Origin: an uncultured Endomicrobiia bacterium
GTDB lineage: Bacteria > Elusimicrobiota > Endomicrobiia > DTEH01
Direction of reading: 5' to 3'
Length of the DNA: 64,000 nucleotides
Assembly: GCA_938074745.1 (NCBI GenBank)
Contig: CALJEJ010000064.1
Location: forward strand, 1,589-65,588
Position 1 is the stretch's first letter, and each line of letters opens with the position of its first letter. The notes under the pieces were generated by a model. The model searched no databases, was not told the origin of the DNA, and saw only the letters and a program-made list of their open reading frames with translations. The position numbers were made by a program, and so were the translations under genes. Below are positions 10,756-21,141 of the stretch, in pieces.

Positions 10756-12525
10756 ATGAACCAGATACCAAAATATTTCAGTGCAGGAAATTTAACTACA
10801 TATCTTCAATGTCCGTTTAAGTTTAAGTTAGCATATATTGACGGTTTAGCCACATTGTATAAAAAACACAAACCATATCTTTCCGCAGGTACAACAGTTC
10901 ATAAAGTTCTATCAGAATTTTTCCTTCTTGAGAAAGAAAAAAGAAGTATAGATACAATGTTGGAACTTTTAGATAAACACTGGGTCTCTGAAGGATATAC
11001 TTCTAAAGAAGAAGAAACAGACTATAAACACCAAGTAATTAACTGGTTAAGAAATTTTTATCACAACAATGACATTTTTGTTATCCCAAGATATGTAGAA
11101 GAATTTTTTAGAGTACCAATAAAAGAATTTTATATCACTGGAAAAATTGACCGTATAGACGATTTTGAAGACGGTGTAGAAATTATTGATTACAAAACAG
11201 GCGGATATGTACCTACTGAAGAAGAATTTAAAAAAGATTTACAGATGAACATTTACGCAATTGCATGTTTTGAAAAATACAAATTGTTCCCTAAAAAAAT
11301 ATCTGAAATATACCTACAACATAATTACAAAATTTCTGCTACACTTACACAAGAAGATTTAACAAACACTAAAAATAATATTATAGAAATAGTAGAAAAA
11401 ATTTATTCTGATAAAGAATTTAAACCTCAAAAAAGTAATTTATGTCCATATTGCGATTTTTTAACTGTATGTCCTGAGATGGGTATGGGAGTAAAAGTTG
11501 TCCAGAAAGAAAAAATGGAACAAGAGTTAAAAGAAATCAACCGCCAACTTGAAAAAGCTATAAACGACCTGTCATTGTTAAACAGTATGACATTAGAAAT
11601 TTCAAGTATAATGGATTCTGAAAAACTTATAGATATAGTTACCGAGTATATATCTCAGTTAGGCAGAATAAAACAAGTAGCGGTTTATATGTTGGAGCAA
11701 GAAGAAAATATCTTTAAATTAAAAAAATCTATAGGATGCAAAGAACCTTGGATAAAAAGTATAGAAATGAAAACTTTATATACCTATTTCGGGTTTGAAA
11801 ACGCCGTTACTTCTAAAATTATTGATAACCAAGAAATTACCACAAAGTTAAAGTGTCAGAAAGTATTATTTTTACCTATGATAGCAAAAGAAAAAATTTT
11901 AGGTTTTGTATTAGTAGCACAGAAAACTGATTATAGCGATTTTTCACATTACGACATTTCATTGTTGCAGAATCTTTTAAACCACATTGCTGTCTCAATA
12001 AATAACGCAAGGTTATACGAACTTGCAATCACTGACGGGTTAACAAAATTGTACGACCAGCGATATTTTTTATTACAGTTAGAACAAGAACTTCTTCGTG
12101 CTGAACGATACAACAGCGTGTTTTCTTTATTAATGATTGACATTGATTTTTTTAAACAAGTCAATGACACTTATGGCCATTTAGCAGGTGATAGTGTTTT
12201 AAAACAACTTGCAAAAATATTGCTAAAATCTGTTAGAGAGACAGATATTGTTTGTAGATATGGTGGTGAAGAGTTTAGTATAATACTAATTTCTTGTGGT
12301 AAAAACTGGGCGGAACAAATTGCTACACGGATAAAATCTAATGTAGAAAATGCAGAGTTTGATATTAATGGGAAAAAAATAAAACTTACAGTGAGTATAG
12401 GTGTGGAGACATTTTACAAAGGTATAACTAAACAACAAATAATTTCTCACGCTGATAAAGCGTTATATAAAGCAAAACTTGCTGGTAGAAACAGAGTTGT
12501 AGTTTATGAAAATTTTATTTCATAA
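10756..12525 (+). CDS. multidomain signalling protein: Cas4/RecB-like PD-(D/E)XK nuclease domain with 4 Cys + coiled coil + GAF + GGDEF diguanylate cyclase
   Basis: LQCPFKF...GKIDRID...EIIDYKTG...QMNIYA...CPYCDFLTVCP; then GAF-like region; then RETD I-site and RYGGEEF A-site. Confidence 0.75.
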   Translation: MNQIPKYFSAGNLTTYLQCPFKFKLAYIDGLATLYKKHKPYLSAGTTVHKVLSEFFLLEKEKRSIDTMLELLDKHWVSEGYTSKEEETDYKHQVINWLRNFYHNNDIFVIPRYVEEFFRVPIKEFYITGKIDRIDDFEDGVEIIDYKTGGYVPTEEEFKKDLQMNIYAIACFEKYKLFPKKISEIYLQHNYKISATLTQEDLTNTKNNIIEIVEKIYSDKEFKPQKSNLCPYCDFLTVCPEMGMGVKVVQKEKMEQELKEINRQLEKAINDLSLLNSMTLEISSIMDSEKLIDIVTEYISQLGRIKQVAVYMLEQEENIFKLKKSIGCKEPWIKSIEMKTLYTYFGFENAVTSKIIDNQEITTKLKCQKVLFLPMIAKEKILGFVLVAQKTDYSDFSHYDISLLQNLLNHIAVSINNARLYELAITDGLTKLYDQRYFLLQLEQELLRAERYNSVFSLLMIDIDFFKQVNDTYGHLAGDSVLKQLAKILLKSVRETDIVCRYGGEEFSIILISCGKNWAEQIATRIKSNVENAEFDINGKKIKLTVSIGVETFYKGITKQQIISHADKALYKAKLAGRNRVVVYENFIS

Positions 12526-13231
12526 AATTACCAAATTTTTTTATGCAATAATTTTGTTACCGTTTTGTTATACCAGTTTTTTAATGCTAATTTATGTTTT
12601 AAAAAACATAGAGTATTCTAACAGCAAGGTATATCCATTTTTTCTTGGTGCAGGGTGTTATCTTGTTGTTCATTTTTTGTTATATAAACCAATAAAAATT
12701 TATGTGATAGGACACGAATTAATGCACGCTCTTAGTGCAAAACTTTGTGGGGCACAGGTGCGTAGAATAAAAGTTAACAAATTTAGCGGCACTGTAGACG
12801 TCTCTAAAGTGAACACTTTTATTGCTTTATCTCCATACTTTGTACCATTGTACTCAATAGTTATAGGTATTATCTGGTTGATAGTAAGATATGTATTCAA
12901 ACTTAATGTTAGAATTGAAATATTTATGTTTTTGTTAGGTTTCTCTTTAATGTTTCATTTAGTTTTGACAATTTTTGCAGTATCTGTAGGTCAGCAAGAT
13001 TTTAAAATTTCTGGATGGTTATTTTCTATTGTAGTGATTTTTATTGTTAACTGTATATTTCTTATAACATTGTTGCTTGTTCTTTTACCAAACAAAATTG
13101 GATATATGGAAGCTGTTAAAAAATTTTTCAATTTGAATATAGAAATATATAAAGTTTCGTTCACAAAATCACAACAAATAATAAAATATATCATCAACAC
13201 TATACAAAAATGCAGGATACAAAAAGTATAA
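12506..13231 (+). CDS. polytopic membrane protein with HExxH motif (putative membrane zinc metallopeptidase, DUF3267-like)
   Basis: 5-6 predicted TM helices; IGHELMHALSA motif. Confidence 0.45.
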   Translation: MKILFHKITKFFYAIILLPFCYTSFLMLIYVLKNIEYSNSKVYPFFLGAGCYLVVHFLLYKPIKIYVIGHELMHALSAKLCGAQVRRIKVNKFSGTVDVSKVNTFIALSPYFVPLYSIVIGIIWLIVRYVFKLNVRIEIFMFLLGFSLMFHLVLTIFAVSVGQQDFKISGWLFSIVVIFIVNCIFLITLLLVLLPNKIGYMEAVKKFFNLNIEIYKVSFTKSQQIIKYIINTIQKCRIQKV

Positions 13232-13791
13232 CAGAATTTAAACGTAAAAGTTTACATTTTCTTACGATATTATATCCTATATTATATAACATTATTCCCT
13301 ATAGAGTTGCATTAACAGTTTCTGCTTCGTTGTTAATAATAGACCTGATTGCAGAAACAATAAGGTTATTGTATCCGTCAATTAATAATGTGATATTAAA
13401 AATTTTTTCAGGGACTTATCGCGAAAAAGAAAAAGAAAATGTTTCTACTTTAATTTGGACATTATCAGGAGCGTTTATTACGATATTATTTTTTTCTGAC
13501 AATAAACAGATTGTTACTTTGAGTTTATTATATTTAGCATTAGGCGACAGTATAGCTGCACTTGTAGGAGTAAAATATGGCAAGATAAGGTTAGGGTCGC
13601 GCGGAAAAAGTTTAGAAGGTTCGTTAGCATTTTTTGTAGTAGCATTTATTTGTGGTGTAATATTTTTTAACTGGTGGGTTGCGTTTATAGTATCATTTGT
13701 TGCTACAGCAATAGAATTTCTACCATTGCCAATAGATGATAATTTTATTTTACCAATATTTTCTGCTGGAATATTAACTGCATTAATATAA
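13210..13791 (+). CDS. membrane protein of the CTP-transferase/dolichol-kinase-like (DUF92/CdsA-like) family
   Basis: 6 TM helices; SLEGSLAFF motif resembling the CdsA/phytol-kinase family signature. Confidence 0.45.
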   Translation: MQDTKSITEFKRKSLHFLTILYPILYNIIPYRVALTVSASLLIIDLIAETIRLLYPSINNVILKIFSGTYREKEKENVSTLIWTLSGAFITILFFSDNKQIVTLSLLYLALGDSIAALVGVKYGKIRLGSRGKSLEGSLAFFVVAFICGVIFFNWWVAFIVSFVATAIEFLPLPIDDNFILPIFSAGILTALI

Positions 13792-13799
13792 CAACAGAT

Positions 13800-14555
13800 A
13801 TGCAAAATTTACCTGTTGTAGAAGTAAAAAATTTGTATAAAAGTTATAACTCAAAACAAGTATTAAAAGGTATAGAATTTGAAGTTTACCGTGGAGAAAT
13901 TTTTGTTCTTTTAGGACCTAACGGTGCAGGAAAAACTACCACTGTAAAGATTCTTTCTGGAATATTGAAACCTGATAAAGGAGAGGTAAAAATATTTTCT
14001 AAAACTGTTTCACCTGAAAATGTTGAGGTAAAAAATATTATTGGATATTTACCTGACGAACCATACATATATACAAAACTTACAGGACGAGAATTTATAG
14101 AATTTATATGTTCTGTTTACAAAACACAAGTAAGTTCAAAAGAAGAATTAGATAATAAATATAATTTTTATCTAACCCAGTTTGAACTTGAAGATGTAAT
14201 AGATGATATTATTGAAACTTATTCTAAAGGTATGAAACAAAAACTTTTGTTAATGTCAATTTTTTTACGTAATCCGGAAATTTATATTCTTGACGAACCG
14301 TTAGTTGGGTTAGACCCTAAAAGTATAAGTTTCTTTAAACAACATGTTATAAACCTTGCAGAACAGGCTAAAACTATAATTTTGTGTACTCATCTTTTAG
14401 ACCTTGCGGAAGTTCTTGCTACAAGGTTAAGTATAATTTATAACGGTAGAATTTTAGTTTCAGGTAGTAAGGAAGAAATTATTAATATGTTAAATTTACC
14501 TAAAGGTTCTACATTAGAAAATGTATATCTTGAAACAATAAAAAATGAGTTTTAA
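13800..14555 (+). CDS. ABC transporter ATP-binding protein
   Basis: Walker A GPNGAGKTT, signature YSKGMKQKL, Walker B ILDEP. Confidence 0.85.
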   Translation: MQNLPVVEVKNLYKSYNSKQVLKGIEFEVYRGEIFVLLGPNGAGKTTTVKILSGILKPDKGEVKIFSKTVSPENVEVKNIIGYLPDEPYIYTKLTGREFIEFICSVYKTQVSSKEELDNKYNFYLTQFELEDVIDDIIETYSKGMKQKLLLMSIFLRNPEIYILDEPLVGLDPKSISFFKQHVINLAEQAKTIILCTHLLDLAEVLATRLSIIYNGRILVSGSKEEIINMLNLPKGSTLENVYLETIKNEF

Positions 14556-16191
14556 ACAACTGGTTTCTATTAATATCAAAATAATAAAAAACAGTATAAA
14601 ATTTTCTTCTAAAATAGAAAAAATTAGAGGAATATTTATAATTACTGTTGGGACAATTTTTGTGATTGGTTCTTATTTAATTTCACATTATGTAGTGATG
14701 TACATTTCCACGTTACCTGTGATAGGTTCGTTGTTTTTGTTAAGAATAACAGCGTTGGCAGTTTTGATAAGTTTTACAATGTTGATTTTTTCATCATTAA
14801 TAATTTCTTTATCTACCATATATAATTCTAAAGATATAGAATTTTTAATTTCAATGCCTATTTCTATATTGGAAATTTTTTTAACAAAATTTTGTTCTAC
14901 GTTTGTACAATCTTCATGGATGTTGATGACAATATTGTTACCATTTATTTTAGCTTTTTCAATATCAAAAAATTTTTATTTTAGTAGTTTCTGTATAGTA
15001 ATAATTAGCATTTTAATTATGTTTTTAATTTCTGTATGTTGTGGGATAATAATTTCAATATTGTTATCATATTTTTTTCCAACACAAAAATTAAAAGATA
15101 TTGCTGTGATTAGTATTATCCTCTTAACCACTGCAGTGTACACTGCGTTACGGTTTGTTCAACCGGAAAAATTGCTTAATCCGGACAAGTTTGACGAACT
15201 TGTAGAATATTTAGATTTTATGTCAAAACCGGTTGCTCGTGGGTTACCTTCGTGGTGGGTGGCAGAAATTATTCGTGGGATAATGGTAACTCAACCAGAT
15301 ATAGTAGTGAAAAATTTTGTGATGTTGTTTATTTTAGCTGTGGTATTATTTTTAACAGTAATATTTTTAGCCAAAAATCTATATTATTCTGGCATATTTT
15401 CAAACAAAACTAGTAAGAAAAAAACTAGCAGAGTAAAAAATTTTAAAGCTGCTATTTTAAATATTGAAAAAAATCTTTCTTTTGCATTGATAAAAAAAGA
15501 CATAAAATTGTTTATAAGAGAACCTATCCAGTGGACACAGGTGGTAATAGTTGTAGCATTAATAATAGTGTATATCTTCAGCATAACTAAATTGCCAGTT
15601 GAGGTTATGTATGTAAGAACTACGATAGCATTTTTTAATTTAGGCAGTGTGATGTTTATTATCACAGCTTTAGTTTTACGGTTTGTTTTTGTTCAACCAA
15701 GTTTAGAATACAAAACGTTTTGGATTTTGAAATCTGCGCCAATAGAGTTGTACAAAATATTTTTTTCAAAAATAAAAATATTTTTACCGTTAGTATTGTT
15801 TGTTGGATGGGTTATGACTACATTGTCAAATTATGTTTTAGGTGTAAGTAGAATTATATATATATTTTCATTTTTTGTGATAACAATTTCGTCAATAGTT
15901 ATTACAGTGGCGGGATATTCTATAGGAATTTTATTCCCTAAACCTAACTACCAAAATATTGGACAGATAGAAACATCTTTTGGCGGGTTAATGTTCGTAA
16001 TATTATCTTTATGTTATATAGTTCTCACAATAACTTCTTTTGCTTATCCTGTGCGACAATATGTGTTAGGAATTTCTGTTCCTACAAGTGTGAAAATATT
16101 TCATTTAACAGATTTCCTATTGATTAACCTGTTGTATTTTACTTCAACGGTTTATTATGGGTACAAAAAGTTCTTAACAGATTTCGGATAA
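14545..16191 (+). CDS. large polytopic ABC-exporter permease-like membrane protein
   Basis: 548 aa, about 12 hydrophobic segments; 11-nt overlap with the ATPase gene. Confidence 0.55.
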   Translation: MSFKQLVSINIKIIKNSIKFSSKIEKIRGIFIITVGTIFVIGSYLISHYVVMYISTLPVIGSLFLLRITALAVLISFTMLIFSSLIISLSTIYNSKDIEFLISMPISILEIFLTKFCSTFVQSSWMLMTILLPFILAFSISKNFYFSSFCIVIISILIMFLISVCCGIIISILLSYFFPTQKLKDIAVISIILLTTAVYTALRFVQPEKLLNPDKFDELVEYLDFMSKPVARGLPSWWVAEIIRGIMVTQPDIVVKNFVMLFILAVVLFLTVIFLAKNLYYSGIFSNKTSKKKTSRVKNFKAAILNIEKNLSFALIKKDIKLFIREPIQWTQVVIVVALIIVYIFSITKLPVEVMYVRTTIAFFNLGSVMFIITALVLRFVFVQPSLEYKTFWILKSAPIELYKIFFSKIKIFLPLVLFVGWVMTTLSNYVLGVSRIIYIFSFFVITISSIVITVAGYSIGILFPKPNYQNIGQIETSFGGLMFVILSLCYIVLTITSFAYPVRQYVLGISVPTSVKIFHLTDFLLINLLYFTSTVYYGYKKFLTDFG

Positions 16192-16195
16192 TTTT

Positions 16196-16873
16196 ATGAA
16201 GATATTAATTTTTTTTGTTATATTTATATTTTTTTGTGGTAACTCAGAAGGCAAGGAAATATTTTATTGGAAAATAAATACTACACAAAAAGTTGTTTTT
16301 TTAACTTTTGATGATGGTCCTGGAGAATATACGGAAGTTATATTGGATATATTAAAAAAGTATAATATTCAAGCGACATTTTTTGTCTTAGGAGAGTGTG
16401 TGAAATATAGAAAAGATGTTTTAAAAAGAATTGTTTCTGAAGGGCATAGTATAGGTAACCATACATATTCACATAAAAATTTTTATCAATTAAGCAAAAA
16501 AATGTCTAGGGAAGAATTAAAAAATATTCTTCAACAAGAAATTAAAAAAACACAACAGGAAGTTTTTGAAATAGTAGGTTCTACTTTAGTGTTTGTTCGG
16601 TTACCTAACGGGTTTTATCATAAATGGGTAGAAGATATATTGAAAGATACAGGATATAAAATAATAAACTGGACTTTTGGTTACGATTGGCACAATGTTT
16701 CTAAAGAAGAATTAGCAAAACGATATTGTTCTGCGTTACAACCTGGTGGGATTTACCTTTTTCACGACGGTGGAAAAAACCGACAAAAAACTCTCTTCGC
16801 ATTAGAAAAATTTATTCAATACTGTATTTCTCAAGGATACAAATTTGCTAAGTTAGAGGATTACATTAAATAA
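16196..16873 (+). CDS. polysaccharide deacetylase (NodB homology domain), secreted
   Basis: Signal peptide; TFDDGP and HSIGNHTYSH NodB motifs. Confidence 0.8.
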   Translation: MKILIFFVIFIFFCGNSEGKEIFYWKINTTQKVVFLTFDDGPGEYTEVILDILKKYNIQATFFVLGECVKYRKDVLKRIVSEGHSIGNHTYSHKNFYQLSKKMSREELKNILQQEIKKTQQEVFEIVGSTLVFVRLPNGFYHKWVEDILKDTGYKIINWTFGYDWHNVSKEELAKRYCSALQPGGIYLFHDGGKNRQKTLFALEKFIQYCISQGYKFAKLEDYIK

Positions 16874-16898
16874 TTTTCAAAAAAAACAAAAATAGGAA

Positions 16899-19800
16899 TT
16901 GAAGTTTTCTATTTCACATTTTATGAAGCAACCTTTAGTATTTGCTTTTTTTTCAACATTGTTTTTCTTATGTTTACTTTATTCTGACCCGCCTGACCCT
17001 GTTACTGACTTATCTGTTGTAGAAGTTCGTTGGCGACAGGTAAAACTTCAATGGACAGTTCCTGTATCTACAAATCCAGTAGTAATGTATGAAATCCGAA
17101 CTTCTACATACAAAGTTCTTACTACACAACAGGATTGGGATACGAACTCTTCAGAAACAGGTTATCCATACAGAATCAGAATCACAACATCGCCATTACA
17201 AGGACAAACTATTTCTTATACCATCACAGGGTTAACAAACGGAATTGGATATTTTTTTGCTATAAAATCTTCCACGGATACTAATGGAACAGTGTTTTCA
17301 GAAATTGATACTACTCCACAACGACCCTACGGATTGCCAATAAATAACTCACCAAGTTATTTCAACCTCATCACGCCTACTAATGGGATTGTAGTATTTA
17401 CTGCAAACCCTGTGTTTGACTGGTGGGATGCTACTGATAGTGATATAGACTACGGAGATAATATTAGCTACGAACTTTACTACTCTACAAATCCGGGAAT
17501 AATTTATGGTGCTACCCCTCCATCTCTTATAGGAGCAAATGTTATAGGAAATATTACTACAAGCTATTTACTACTTAATGCTTCACTTGCAGATAATACA
17601 ACGTATTACTGGCGAGTAAAAGCTATTGATACTGAAGGTTCAACCCGATGGTCCCCAGACGATTTATCAGGTCGGTTTGTTGTAAACCATACTTCTGAAC
17701 CACCAACAACAGTAAATATTTTCACTCCATTAAACGGTTCCAGCGTAACTACAACTAACGGCGTATTTTTTGACTGGAGTGACGCTACCGACCCTGACCC
17801 AAACGATATTATAACTTACTCAATATACTTGTCCACAACTCAAGAAAGTTTTATCTTACAAACCTCTGGGATATCTTGGTCTTCTGTTACGATATTAAAT
17901 CCGTTTACTGGTTCATGGATAGAGAATACAACTTACTGGTGGTATGTTCGTACCTACGACAGTTCTAACCTTTATTCTCAATCAACTACAAATTGGTTTA
18001 TAGTAAATAATACAAATGACCCACCTACACAAAATTATCTTGTTTTCCCAGGAACTACAGTTTTCATAGAACCTATACCTATTATACGTACATTGAACCC
18101 AACATTTTACTGGACTGTTGCTACTGACCCTGACCCGTACAGTAATGTAAAATACCAACTGTTTATTTCTTCTTATTCTTCACAACCAGATGAATTTAAC
18201 TCGTTTTATTATAATACCATACCAATCTATACCACTTACTATTTCTTTCAAAATTCTCTTGAAGAAGAAACTACATATTATTGGCGTGTTCGTATTTGGG
18301 ATGAACCATATTGTGGGTATGCAGTATTCTCTTCAACTGTATACTGGTTTTTCACTAACGCAGTGAACCTTCCACCACAACCTGCCATACTTTTGTTCCC
18401 TGAGGACAATTCTACTACATCATATTTTTATCCAAAATTTGAATGGGTTGTAGGGAGTGACTTAGGTTTTGAAGGTGGGGTAAGTTCTCAAACTTTGGTC
18501 TACTGGACTGAAAATTCTACTATAACTATTTCAGGGTTGAGCCCACAAACTTCTATCTATATTCCTGTAGAACCGTTAAAAAATAATTCTACATATTATT
18601 GGAAAATTATTACGTACGACAACGGTATCCCTGAACCACAACTTTCTACAGAAACTGTTGTTAACAAATTTTTTATCAGCAACTCGTCCCCCCTGCCTTT
18701 TAATTTAATTTCGCCAGAAAATGGAAAAATTGTCAATACACAAACAGTTCAACTTTTTTGGGAAGCTGCTTTTGAACCTGACTCTGAAGCTGTTTCTTAT
18801 ACTGTAGAATATTCTACAGATAAAGAATTTAATGTGTATATTTCTTCTTCAGGACTAAGATTTTCTTTACAAGAAACACCTAATTTTGTGATAACTAACA
18901 CAATAGACAACACAACTTATTTTTGGCGTGTGACGTGTTTTGACCCGTGGAATTTTAATACTAAATCAATCTCTACTTACTATTTTATCTGCGACTATAT
19001 CCCACAAAACCCTTCAGCGTTTAACCTCATACAGCCACTAAACGGACAAATTGTCAATAAAATGTATGCTACATTTTACTGGGAACATACTTCAGACCCT
19101 GACCCGTTAGATTATGTAGTAAAATATACTTTGGTACTTTCCACTTCAGCAAATTTTGATACTATAAAATTTTCCACAGATACTACGATAAACTTTTATT
19201 TTCTACCAACTGGAATTTTGGAATTAAACACTACTTATTATTGGTATGTAATAGCAATTTCTTCGCGCAGTGGATATACAGTTTCTTCCTCAACATTTTA
19301 TTTTTATGTTTACAACGTTGCTCCAAGTAGTCCTATCTTGGTTTCACCATTGAACAATTCTATCGTAAACAACCAAAATATCAACCTTTTGTGGCAACCT
19401 GTAACAGAACCTGAAAATGACGAGTTTTATTATATTGTCTATGTAAGCACTACACTGTGGGAAACACAAAATGTATATCTTGTTGGACAAAATGTAAATT
19501 ATCTACCGTTAACATTAATAGATGATACCACATACCACTGGTACGTGGTTGCTTTAGATACATATAACAACATTTCACGTTCAGAAACTTATATTTTCTG
19601 GAGTTCTTACGAGAATCTTCCTCCAACAACACCTTCGCTTATTAAACCAGTAAACGAAACAATTGGGCTACCTTACGAATTTTGCTGGTCCACTTCAGTA
19701 GATACTGACATTTTTGACAGTGTGAGGTATAAACTTATTATATCTACAGTTTCTGATATGTCTTCAGCAGTGATTTCTGTTCTCAGTATGGACACAAAAT

Positions 19801-21137
19801 TTCTACTACAAGATTTCTATCTTCCTTTGGGGACATATTTTTGGCAGGTAACAAGTTATGATACTAAAGGTTCTTCTGCAACATCACAAATTTCAACATT
19901 TTCGTTAATAAACTATACTGTTTTACCTCTGTCGCCAAAAAATAATGAAATTGTAAAATTACCTATAGAGTTCAGGTTTAGCGAAGTAATCCCTGTAGTT
20001 GCCTCAGACACTATAACTTATACTTTAACATATTCTTCTTCTTTTAGTTTTGTTCCCAAAACTGAAGTTGTGTTAACTACTACGTTTTATACTATAAATT
20101 TCCCATTTACAGCAGGTATCCTGCCGGGAACAACTTATTTTTGGTATGTAGAAGCAAAAGATAGTTATAATAGAAAAACAGCCAGCCAAGTAAACAAATT
20201 TTTCACCCCGTATAAAATCCCTCGTTCACCAACAGGTTTGGTAATCTCTACAACAACAGAAGGTATTGTTCTTCAATGGCAAACAGTTTCTTACAACACT
20301 GATGGCAGTTTATTTAACGACCTTTTACATTATAAAATTTACCGTAAGTACAACCTGTTTTCTCAAGAAAAACAGTTAGTAGATACTACAACGCACACAA
20401 CTTATATTCACAGAACCGACCCTACAACAGAATATTATTACTGTGTCACAGCAGAAAATCTCTGGGGAATAGAAAGTCAAGAATCAGCATATGTGAGACT
20501 GATTAACATGGAAGCTTCGGAAACATTTGTTAGTGAAGATGGTAATGTAATAATAACTATACCTAAAAAAGAATCTATTTCTGAATTAACCATTACACGA
20601 GTTTTTTCTGAAGAAACAGAGGTATATGTTCGTGTATACAACATTGTGTGTGAAAAATTTAAGTTGGAAAATTTAGCAGAACTTTCGTTTGGTAAACCTA
20701 ACAACGTAGAATTTTACCAACTTGAGTATTATGATGGTCACAACTGGCTGCCTATACATACAAAAGAACTCGCAGGTAGAATTGTAACTTTTAGTCAATA
20801 TCTTGGGAAATACCGTATAGTATCTCTAACACAACCTCAAGATACAGGGTTAACAATTTTAGGTTGTTCACCAAAGAAAAAAATTTTAACTTTGAACAAT
20901 AACGGTAAAAACGATTATATAGAGTTTATTTACAAAATAGGTTCGTATCTCAGTGGCGAACTATACGATATTAACGGTAGAAAAGTTTGTAATTTAAAAA
21001 ACAAACAGACACATATTCTATATTTTTCTGGTCAGGATGAAAATGGTAATTATTTACCACCTGGAATCTATGTATATTACATAACTTCAAAACCTGACGA
21101 CAAATTTTTCACAGGAACTATAGTGATAAAATATTAA
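16899..21137 (+). CDS. giant secreted surface protein: about 11-12 FN3-like repeats plus C-terminal T9SS type-A sorting domain
   Basis: Signal peptide; recurring F.W...TDPDP...Y......TTYYWRV.A.D units; C-terminal ELYDINGRKV...GQDENGNYLPPGIYVYYI...GTIVIKY matches the Por secretion tail pattern. Confidence 0.7.
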   Translation: MKFSISHFMKQPLVFAFFSTLFFLCLLYSDPPDPVTDLSVVEVRWRQVKLQWTVPVSTNPVVMYEIRTSTYKVLTTQQDWDTNSSETGYPYRIRITTSPLQGQTISYTITGLTNGIGYFFAIKSSTDTNGTVFSEIDTTPQRPYGLPINNSPSYFNLITPTNGIVVFTANPVFDWWDATDSDIDYGDNISYELYYSTNPGIIYGATPPSLIGANVIGNITTSYLLLNASLADNTTYYWRVKAIDTEGSTRWSPDDLSGRFVVNHTSEPPTTVNIFTPLNGSSVTTTNGVFFDWSDATDPDPNDIITYSIYLSTTQESFILQTSGISWSSVTILNPFTGSWIENTTYWWYVRTYDSSNLYSQSTTNWFIVNNTNDPPTQNYLVFPGTTVFIEPIPIIRTLNPTFYWTVATDPDPYSNVKYQLFISSYSSQPDEFNSFYYNTIPIYTTYYFFQNSLEEETTYYWRVRIWDEPYCGYAVFSSTVYWFFTNAVNLPPQPAILLFPEDNSTTSYFYPKFEWVVGSDLGFEGGVSSQTLVYWTENSTITISGLSPQTSIYIPVEPLKNNSTYYWKIITYDNGIPEPQLSTETVVNKFFISNSSPLPFNLISPENGKIVNTQTVQLFWEAAFEPDSEAVSYTVEYSTDKEFNVYISSSGLRFSLQETPNFVITNTIDNTTYFWRVTCFDPWNFNTKSISTYYFICDYIPQNPSAFNLIQPLNGQIVNKMYATFYWEHTSDPDPLDYVVKYTLVLSTSANFDTIKFSTDTTINFYFLPTGILELNTTYYWYVIAISSRSGYTVSSSTFYFYVYNVAPSSPILVSPLNNSIVNNQNINLLWQPVTEPENDEFYYIVYVSTTLWETQNVYLVGQNVNYLPLTLIDDTTYHWYVVALDTYNNISRSETYIFWSSYENLPPTTPSLIKPVNETIGLPYEFCWSTSVDTDIFDSVRYKLIISTVSDMSSAVISVLSMDTKFLLQDFYLPLGTYFWQVTSYDTKGSSATSQISTFSLINYTVLPLSPKNNEIVKLPIEFRFSEVIPVVASDTITYTLTYSSSFSFVPKTEVVLTTTFYTINFPFTAGILPGTTYFWYVEAKDSYNRKTASQVNKFFTPYKIPRSPTGLVISTTTEGIVLQWQTVSYNTDGSLFNDLLHYKIYRKYNLFSQEKQLVDTTTHTTYIHRTDPTTEYYYCVTAENLWGIESQESAYVRLINMEASETFVSEDGNVIITIPKKESISELTITRVFSEETEVYVRVYNIVCEKFKLENLAELSFGKPNNVEFYQLEYYDGHNWLPIHTKELAGRIVTFSQYLGKYRIVSLTQPQDTGLTILGCSPKKKILTLNNNGKNDYIEFIYKIGSYLSGELYDINGRKVCNLKNKQTHILYFSGQDENGNYLPPGIYVYYITSKPDDKFFTGTIVIKY

Positions 21138-21141
21138 AATT

